A model generated the notes under the pieces. The model had not been told where the DNA came from. It did no database searches and saw only the letters and a list, made by a program, of their open reading frames with translations. From Candidatus Omnitrophota bacterium (GTDB lineage: Bacteria; Omnitrophota; Gorgyraeia; Duberdicusellales; 4484-171), in assembly GCA_043823745.1 (NCBI GenBank), contig JBDRAN010000028.1, forward strand, positions 3,116-67,115: DNA of 64,000 bases, read 5' to 3'. Position numbers and translations under genes: made by a program. Shown piece by piece: positions 57,666 through 64,000 of the stretch; the first letter of the stretch is position 1, and every line of letters starts with the position of its first letter.

Positions 57666-57929
57666 GAGGGTTCTGCCTGGTTTGGCCAATGGTTTTCGTG
57701 ATAGTGTTGACAAGTTTCCCGGGTATGCTAAACTATAATACTATTATTAGGAATTGTAGAGGAGGGTTCGGAAATGCAGATGCATTTTCGGAGGTTATGG
57801 TGATGGTCGGGCCGCCATCGTGCATAGCGCTATGCATGGTGACGGCTTTTTGTTTCGAAACCCGTTACCGCACGGTACGTACGTAAAAAGTTTATGCGAT
57901 ATAATGATGTGATAGGGAGTGTTTCGTCT

Positions 57930-59402
57930 ATGATGCTTCACTATATTTCAATTTTTTTGAGGAGCGTGAAGATCGTTGATATCGTTGATATCGCGATCAT
58001 TTCGTTGTTGATTTATATTTTGCTGATTTGGTTTACACGCGCCCGCGCGAAATTTATGTTTATCGGCATGGCAATTGTGGGCGGTATTTATTTTGTAGCG
58101 CGCTATTTCGGTCTCTATTTGACCACCATGGCGCTCCAGGGTTTTTTTGCGTTTACCCTTATTATGATTGTGGTGATATTCCAGGATGATTTTCGCCATT
58201 TCTTTGAAAGTATTGCTATGGTGGGCGTTCAGCCTAAGCGACGTCTGTCAGCCTCGTTCAGCCAGAACATCATGAGCGTAAGTAACTCCTTTACCAATTT
58301 TTCACGAAAAAGAATAGGAGCGCTCGTTATCATACGGGGGATTGATCCTCTTGACCGGCATCTTGAGGCGGGGAATGCCCTTGACGGTATGATAAGCCAA
58401 CCGTTGCTTGAAAGCATTTTTGATCGTCATACACCGACTCACGACGGCGCGGTCATCATCGAGGGAGATCGGATCGCTCGCTTTGGATGCTATCTGCCGC
58501 TTTCTACCAATAGTGAGGCTATCGGTCGCGCCGGAACGCGTCATGCGGCCGCATTAGGGCTTGCTGAGCGCGTGGACGCATTGTGCCTCGTTGTTTCAGA
58601 AGAGGATGGCAGCATCTCCGTAGCGCAAGAAGGACGGATGAGGCATTTGCGCGATGCCGCGCATCTTGATGCGATACTTGAGGCTTTTTATCAGAGAAAA
58701 TTCCCGCGTAAAAAGGGAAACATCATTGTCAGCTTTCTTACCAGGCATATCGCAGAAAAAATTATAGCCGTTATTCTCGCCTGTGGTTTCTGGTTTACGT
58801 TTGCCCATCACACCGAGCTTATTCGTCGCGATTTTGTCGTGCCCCTTGAGTATCGCAACCTCGCGCCGGCCGCAGTCATTAAAGAGCCTAAGCCGAAAGA
58901 AGCGACCGTTACCTTAAGCGGCACGCAGCAGGAGTTTAATCTTCTTAAGCCTCAGGAGTTAAAAATATCACTTAACATGGAAAACGTCGGCGACGGTGAG
59001 CACACGATCGAGCTCACCAGGGACTCGTTGGGACCTCTTGCGGGGCTTTCGGTGGTTAACATTGAACCTGCCGCGGTTACGCTTGATGTGTATAGAATTC
59101 TTACAGTGATGGTTCCGGTAGAACTTAAGACAAAAGGCAAGGCGCCTTCAGGCGTTACGATTGCCACGATACGCCTGGAGCCTGAGGAATTGACTGCGCT
59201 CATTTCAAGCACCCTCGCCCAGAAGGCGTTTACTATTGTCACCGAGCCCATTGATCTTAAGCTGATAACGGCGGATACGACACTTACGCCCGGATTCGTG
59301 GTTCCCCCGGATATCCGTTTTCCGGATAATAAACGACCGGAAGTTAAAGTGATTGTTGATGTTGTTGAGCGTGATCAAAGCCAAACATCCGGTACCCCGT
59401 AA
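57930..59402 (+). CDS. cdaA: Diadenylate cyclase CdaA fused to a CdaR-like regulator with YbbR-type repeats.
   Basis: It has three N-terminal TM helices. The DAC domain has DGAVIIEGDRIA and GTRHAAALG (RHR-like). A C-terminal beta-rich region of about 230 aa follows. An RBS AGGGAG sits 10 nt upstream of ATG 57930. Confidence 0.75.
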   Translation: MMLHYISIFLRSVKIVDIVDIAIISLLIYILLIWFTRARAKFMFIGMAIVGGIYFVARYFGLYLTTMALQGFFAFTLIMIVVIFQDDFRHFFESIAMVGVQPKRRLSASFSQNIMSVSNSFTNFSRKRIGALVIIRGIDPLDRHLEAGNALDGMISQPLLESIFDRHTPTHDGAVIIEGDRIARFGCYLPLSTNSEAIGRAGTRHAAALGLAERVDALCLVVSEEDGSISVAQEGRMRHLRDAAHLDAILEAFYQRKFPRKKGNIIVSFLTRHIAEKIIAVILACGFWFTFAHHTELIRRDFVVPLEYRNLAPAAVIKEPKPKEATVTLSGTQQEFNLLKPQELKISLNMENVGDGEHTIELTRDSLGPLAGLSVVNIEPAAVTLDVYRILTVMVPVELKTKGKAPSGVTIATIRLEPEELTALISSTLAQKAFTIVTEPIDLKLITADTTLTPGFVVPPDIRFPDNKRPEVKVIVDVVERDQSQTSGTP

Positions 59403-59440
59403 ACGCCAACCTAAACTGATGGTTAGAGGAGGACAGCGCT

Positions 59441-60490
59441 ATGTTTGAAAGATTCTCTAAAATCATAATTTTAAATAATTCTTTACTGAGCTACGGCGTG
59501 AGCCTGCTTATTTTTTTAGCAATCGTGGTGGTTGTTGTCCTGTTTAAGAAAATTATTCTCAAGAAACTAAAACGATGGTCTGAGAAAACAACGACGACGC
59601 TCGATGATTTTTTAATTTCCCTTATGCAACGCTATCTGCACCCGGTATCATATCTGGCAGCTTTTTACGTAAGCGCGCATTATCTCGTGTTGCCCGTATC
59701 GGTCGACAAGGCGATTGGTATTATTGTAACTATCGTATTGAGTTTCTCGATAATCCGCATTGTCATCGTGACCGTCGACTATATTTTCCAAAGCTATGTG
59801 TCGGCAAAAGAAAGTTTTGGCGCGGCTGCGCGTAGTTATAAAGGTATGCTTTCGGCAATTCAGGTTATCGTCTGGGGAATTGGAATAATTTTTCTTCTTG
59901 ATAATTTAGGTTTTAAGATATCGACGATCATCGCGGGCCTTGGTATCGGCGGTGTGGCGGTTGCCCTGGCCGCCCAGGCAATTTTAGGGGACCTTTTTAG
60001 CTATGTCGCGATATTAATGGACAGGCCTTTCGAGATTGGTGATTTTATCGTCGTGGGTGATTTTATGGGCACCATTGAGAACATTGGGATCAAGACGACA
60101 AGGATTCGCAGCCTGGGTGGTGAACAAATCGTTTTTTCTAATAGTGATCTTACCGGTTCGCGCATGCGTAATTATAAGCGCATGGATAAGCGCCGCATTG
60201 TCTTTCGGCTTGGTGTTACCTATCAGACTACCAGCGCGCAGGTAAAGGAAATCCCCCTGGTGATCAGGACGATCATCGCCAACGTTAAGAATGCTCTCGT
60301 TGACCGCGTGCATTTTTTTTCTTTCGGCGATTCCAGTTTAGTCTTTGAAGTTGTTTATTATGTCCTTAGCCAGGATTACAATATCTATATGGACGTTCAA
60401 CAGGAAATTAATTTTGCCATCAAAGAAGCGCTCGAGCAGCGGAATATCGAATTTGCATACCCAACACAAACCATTCATGTCAGCAAGTAA
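59441..60490 (+). CDS. MscS-family mechanosensitive channel.
   Basis: It has three TM helices, the pore helix LGIGGVAVALAAQAILGDLFS, and a beta domain. The RBS is AGAGGAGG. Confidence 0.8.
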   Translation: MFERFSKIIILNNSLLSYGVSLLIFLAIVVVVVLFKKIILKKLKRWSEKTTTTLDDFLISLMQRYLHPVSYLAAFYVSAHYLVLPVSVDKAIGIIVTIVLSFSIIRIVIVTVDYIFQSYVSAKESFGAAARSYKGMLSAIQVIVWGIGIIFLLDNLGFKISTIIAGLGIGGVAVALAAQAILGDLFSYVAILMDRPFEIGDFIVVGDFMGTIENIGIKTTRIRSLGGEQIVFSNSDLTGSRMRNYKRMDKRRIVFRLGVTYQTTSAQVKEIPLVIRTIIANVKNALVDRVHFFSFGDSSLVFEVVYYVLSQDYNIYMDVQQEINFAIKEALEQRNIEFAYPTQTIHVSK

Positions 60491-60762
60491 CACGCAGGGT
60501 TAGAGGTGGCTTTCCGGATAGGCATAGATACAAGAGGATATTGCCCATAAAAAGAATTCTGCTCTTTCTGTTGCCAATTTTAATTATCGCGACGATCATC
60601 TCCATGCTTTTTGGAATGCTGCAGCATCGTTTAAGAGGAAGAGAAACGTATGGATCTTCATAGGAAAGCCCCGTACCTCGTACGCTCAGTATTATTTGAA
60701 AAGCCCGCGGGAAGTGGTAAAATTGTTAATACCTATCGCTGTCATGGGGAGTGACCAACAAT

Positions 60763-61446
60763 ATGCCAAAGTTCGTTAAAGCTCAAGAGCCCTTCAGATT
60801 CTATACACGGTTGCACCTATCCGAGGTAACCGGTTTTCGGGCAGCTACGCTGGAGCAGCTGGTAAGCCTTATCAAGGGAGTGCCGGGCGCCTCGATTTAT
60901 CATCATACGCATCGTTTCTTGCAGCAACATCAGTATCTTTCTCCGGAACCACCCAATGATTTTGCGTATTGGATCAGCCATGGGTTAGGGGAAGAGGAGT
61001 TGGCAGAGAGGCTTGCGAGTATTGATACGGTTCAATTCTCCACGATCCGCGCCCTGCGGAATAAAATCGCCCGCACGATTGACGACTACTTGGAAGAATA
61101 TCCTTCGGCGAAGCTTAAGTTTACGCGTTCGGATGAAGAATTTTATTTCATAAAATCAATAAGTTTCGCCCTACCCACCAAATACAACGCTACCGACCTG
61201 GGAGAATTCTTGGATATTTTAAAAAAAGTAACGATCGATTCGATATATTTTCATGTTTTCGAGTCCCGGTTACGTCTTGAAAAAGAAACAAATGACTTTT
61301 CGTATTGGATGGAGACCTCATTGGGCAAGAAAGCATGCGCCGATGAAATTGCCCGGCTGGACCCGTACACCTATACGCTTGAGGATTTGCGGAAGGCAAT
61401 TATAAAGATTATTGAGAAAAAAGGTAGCGTTTATGTCGATCATTGA
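60763..61446 (+). CDS. Hypothetical protein with an internal tandem duplication.
   Basis: The repeats are FAYWISHGLGEEELAERLASIDTV...IRALRNKIARTID and FSYWMETSLGKKACADEIARLDPY...LEDLRKAIIKIIE. The RBS GGGGAG suggests a start at 60763. Confidence 0.5.
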   Translation: MPKFVKAQEPFRFYTRLHLSEVTGFRAATLEQLVSLIKGVPGASIYHHTHRFLQQHQYLSPEPPNDFAYWISHGLGEEELAERLASIDTVQFSTIRALRNKIARTIDDYLEEYPSAKLKFTRSDEEFYFIKSISFALPTKYNATDLGEFLDILKKVTIDSIYFHVFESRLRLEKETNDFSYWMETSLGKKACADEIARLDPYTYTLEDLRKAIIKIIEKKGSVYVDH

Positions 61447-62644
61447 ACAGTATGTACCTATCGTAGGGCAAGCCATCATCGATGATCTGCAGCTATTGGG
61501 TGAGAAGCTGCAAGGGAAAATCGTTCAGAATATTAATTCTACCGCGGTCGGCGGCGGGGTTGCGGAAATTTTAACCCGCATGGTTCCGCTTCTTAAAGAA
61601 CTTGGTGTTGACGCGCGCTGGGATGTTATCAAGGGTGGAGAGCATTTTTTTGAAGTGACCAAAAAGTTCCACAACGCATTGCATGGAAAAGCCGAAGAAA
61701 TTAATAAGGGTGATTTTGATGTTTTTCTTGAAACGAGTCGGCAGAATATTGAGGCAGTAGATACCTACGGGGATATTGTTTTTGTGCACGACCCCCAGCC
61801 TATCGCGCTTATCGAGAAGAGAGCTGCCAATAAATGGATATGGCGCTGCCATATTGATGTTTCCAAGCCCAGCCGGCAGGTTTGGAAATTTTTAATGAAT
61901 TATATCGTGAAATATGACTCTGCGGTATTTTCCGCTCCCAGTTTCTGCCAAAAGCTGCCGATACGGCAATTTTTAATTTCTCCCTCGATAGACCCTTTAA
62001 GCGATAAGAATAAGGAATTGCCCCAAGCAGTCATCGATGCGGTGTTGGAAAAATATCATATTTCTGTCGACAAGCCGATCGTAACCCAGATATCGCGTTT
62101 TGACCGGCTCAAAGACCCGCTTGGAGTAATCGAGGCGTACCGGCAGGTCAAGAGGTATATTGATTGCCAGCTTATCCTGGCCGGGGGAGGGGCTACCGAT
62201 GACCCCGAAGGCATGCAGGTTTTTGAGGAAGTGAAGGAAAAGGCGCGCGCCGATCGTGATATCCATATTTTATTATTGCCGCAGAATGATATCGAGGTTA
62301 ATGCGCTACAGCGGGCATCAACGGTCATCATCCAGAAATCGTTGAAGGAGGGTTTTGGGCTTACTGTCGCCGAGGCTCTCTGGAAATCAAAGCCGGTGGT
62401 TGCCTCGAATGTCGGAGGGATACCGTTGCAGATAAAACACAAATATTCTGGTTTGCTTTGTCATTCTATTGATGGTGCCGCGTTTGCGTTAAAACAGCTT
62501 TTAAACAGCCCTGCGTACGCCACCAAGCTCGGCGAATGCGGAAAAGAACATATACGGAATAATTTCCTGCTGACCCGCCACTTACGAGAGTATATGCTGC
62601 TATTTCTGTCTCTCTATCACCAAAACGATGTTGTCTATTTGTAG
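61433..62644 (+). CDS. treT: Trehalose glycosyltransferring synthase TreT (GT4).
   Basis: It has the TreT-like blocks INSTAVGGGVAEIL, DARWDVI, FFEVTKKFHNALHG, VHDPQPIALIE and WIWRCHIDVSKPS. It overlaps the end of the upstream gene by 14 nt. Confidence 0.65.
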   Translation: MSIIEQYVPIVGQAIIDDLQLLGEKLQGKIVQNINSTAVGGGVAEILTRMVPLLKELGVDARWDVIKGGEHFFEVTKKFHNALHGKAEEINKGDFDVFLETSRQNIEAVDTYGDIVFVHDPQPIALIEKRAANKWIWRCHIDVSKPSRQVWKFLMNYIVKYDSAVFSAPSFCQKLPIRQFLISPSIDPLSDKNKELPQAVIDAVLEKYHISVDKPIVTQISRFDRLKDPLGVIEAYRQVKRYIDCQLILAGGGATDDPEGMQVFEEVKEKARADRDIHILLLPQNDIEVNALQRASTVIIQKSLKEGFGLTVAEALWKSKPVVASNVGGIPLQIKHKYSGLLCHSIDGAAFALKQLLNSPAYATKLGECGKEHIRNNFLLTRHLREYMLLFLSLYHQNDVVYL

Positions 62645-62722
62645 TACAGAGGGGCGCACGGGAATTCATTGCGTTGGTCCGCATCGCGTTTTTATGTGCG
62701 CAGAATAAAAGAAAGGAGCATC

Positions 62723-62878
62723 ATGACGCCAAGCGGTTGGATATTCTTGATATTGTCTTGGGGAAGTATTTTGAGCCTCGCGATATTTTGTTTTAGCCGC
62801 ATTCTGCGAAAAGGCCTTGGAGACAATGGCGCAGGCAAGATATCACCGCGATCAAAACGCGGGCAAGGCAAAGAGTGA
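62723..62878 (+). CDS. Hypothetical small single-TM protein of 51 aa.
   Basis: An RBS AAAGGAG sits 5 nt before ATG 62723. The hydrophobic core is WIFLILSWGSILSLAIFCF. Confidence 0.3.
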   Translation: MTPSGWIFLILSWGSILSLAIFCFSRILRKGLGDNGAGKISPRSKRGQGKE

Positions 62879-63312
62879 ACAGGACTATCGCTTCGGACTG
62901 GGGGGTTTTACTGCTCTTGGGAGCTTTTTTTGTCTTTTCCGTCCACGTCTTCACTGAAAGCAAAAAAAACTACAGAAATAATAAAACGCATAAAAAGAAA
63001 AAGTAGTGCGGGCGGCCCATTTGATTCTAAGCGATATTTTTTACACTTGTTCCCTTTACGTGGGTATTAGCTTTACATTTCAAGGCAGCAACGGGGTTTA
63101 TAAGCCGCTTTTTTCTCACGCGCGCGCCGCCGACGCGTTTTTTACCCTGTCGGTTCTTTCTAAGCCGGAGCATTACGGTTATTATTTCTCTGTCTAGTGA
63201 TATCTGCCCGCGTCTTTCTCGTTTGGAAATATCTTGAATATCGTGAGCTTTTATAGTAAGATTTACCTTGTATTTACAGGGTCTTATTCTGTCCTCAGCC
63301 TTCTGTAATGTT

Positions 63313-64000
63313 ATGTCATCTTTAACGATTGTTTATATTATCACGGGAGTTTTGAGCGTTGTCGTTGCGTTACTTCTTGTCTACTTGGGAGGGTTATCTT
63401 CCCAGAATAAATCCCGTTTCGAACACAACCTTCCGTTAGGTCACGTCACGTCTCTTTCTTCAGAGGCATCTCTTGCAGATCAAATATTGGGCGAAATCGA
63501 AAATCTGGTTGGGTCGAAGCAGCAGGGTAAAGAGATTAGCCAGCGGGTTACGGCAGTTTTGGACAAAGAGCTCCAGAAGCGTGTTGCGCGCCAGGCGCAG
63601 GAACTGGCAAAACAATACGAAACTACTATCGAGCAGAAAGAAAAATCGGAGGAAATTGCCTGGGAGAAATATAAAAAGGTTATGATTGATAAAAAACAGA
63701 CTGAGGCGGTAATACGCAGTATCGCCGATGGTCTTGTCGTGGTTGATGCAGACGGGAATGTAATTATGATGAATCCTGCGGCGGAGAAACTTCTCGGTGT
63801 TTCAAAGAAAGATAAGATCGGTAAGCCAATAACCGGTGGAGTTAAGGATGAGCAGTTGGTTTCGTTTGCTCAAGGGGGGGCTGACCAGGAGGATAAGGAT
63901 ATTGAGCTCTCCAGCGGCCAGTCCGAAACTAAAAAAATCGTGCGGGCCTCAACCGCCGTTATTGAGAACGAAAACGGAAAAACCGTCGGTATGGTTTCGG
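63313..64000 (+). CDS. Membrane-anchored PAS sensor protein, N-terminal 229 codons only; the gene runs off the window end.
   Basis: I translated it by hand from ATG 63313 and found no stop before 64000. It has a TM helix IVYIITGVLSVVVALLLVYLGG, a coiled coil, and a PAS segment SIADGLVVVDADGNVIMMNPAAEKLLG. Confidence 0.55.
   Translation, partial: MSSLTIVYIITGVLSVVVALLLVYLGGLSSQNKSRFEHNLPLGHVTSLSSEASLADQILGEIENLVGSKQQGKEISQRVTAVLDKELQKRVARQAQELAKQYETTIEQKEKSEEIAWEKYKKVMIDKKQTEAVIRSIADGLVVVDADGNVIMMNPAAEKLLGVSKKDKIGKPITGGVKDEQLVSFAQGGADQEDKDIELSSGQSETKKIVRASTAVIENENGKTVGMVS

Noticed and set aside
57689-57886. A 65-aa ORF upstream of cdaA.
   Set aside because: It has no RBS and lies inside the repeat-rich leader. 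It is not hydrophobic and has no conserved features.
63006-63685. The small + strand ORFs 63006-63197 and 63473-63685.
   Set aside because: The first has no RBS and lies in an intergenic leader. The second is out of frame within the long open PAS-sensor frame that starts at 63313.
1-64000. tRNA, rRNA or tmRNA genes.
   Set aside because: No T-loop or anticodon-arm-like cloverleaf candidates were recognisable in the non-coding gaps, and nothing resembled rRNA. Absence by eye is not proof, so tRNAscan and Infernal should be run.

Overview
This is a 64 kb bacterial window at about 50% GC, probably from an uncultivated lineage. It is gene-dense, with almost every gene on the + strand, and its intergenic spaces carry an unusual number of palindromic repeat families. 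The main blocks are listed in order.

- **1-5.2 kb, envelope glycan block:** a partial minus-strand ORF, a hypothetical protein, an FAD oxidoreductase and a GT39/ArnT-like membrane glycosyltransferase.
- **5.4-6.9 kb:** cmoA (carboxy-SAM synthase), followed after a 1-nt gap by an ICMT/PEMT-family membrane methyltransferase where cmoB would be expected.
- **7.0-9.7 kb:** a P-type cation ATPase preceded by a palindrome plus three direct repeats.
- **9.9-14.4 kb:** an AbrB/MazE-like regulator followed by TolC-MacA-MacB tripartite efflux genes.
- **14.6-16.5 kb:** a hypothetical secreted protein, a lipoprotein and an alpha/beta hydrolase.
- **16.6-17.5 kb:** a duplicated structured leader in front of a translationally coupled SMR-type transporter pair.
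- **17.8-21.4 kb:** a DUF482/GNAT-like acyltransferase, a DEAD-box helicase and ispH.
- **21.7-25.7 kb, arsenic/thiol island:** DUF134, a thioredoxin-like protein, a CcdA-like protein, Acr3, an unannotated 51-aa Cys-rich ORF and an ArsP-like permease.
- **25.8-30.2 kb:** an FAD oxidoreductase, a DUF4239-like membrane protein and a DUF2062/AsmA-like (TIGR03546/TIGR03545) pair.
- **30.5-45.3 kb, signalling island:** four sensor histidine kinases, eight receiver proteins (six of them stand-alone single-domain REC), one REC-AraC regulator, a PAS-only membrane protein and a four-helix-bundle (rRNA-IVS-type) gene. One kinase is a hybrid with a degenerate GGDEF domain that keeps its I-site. At least three palindromic repeat families are interleaved with these genes and supply several of their stop codons.
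- **45.5-54.2 kb, type IV pilus cluster:** pilB, pilC, five pilin-like genes, a pilM-pilN fusion, pilO and pilP. No secretin gene is present in the window.
- **54.3-57.4 kb:** an M48 peptidase, tatA, tatC and an AlkD-like DNA alkylation repair protein.
- **57.9-62.6 kb:** a CdaA-CdaR fusion (diadenylate cyclase), an MscS channel, a tandem-repeat hypothetical protein and TreT (trehalose synthase). This neighbourhood looks osmoadaptive.
- **63.3-64.0 kb:** a partial PAS sensor gene running off the window end.

I found no rRNA, tRNA or CRISPR array. All functional calls come from motif and family recognition by eye, with no database search.
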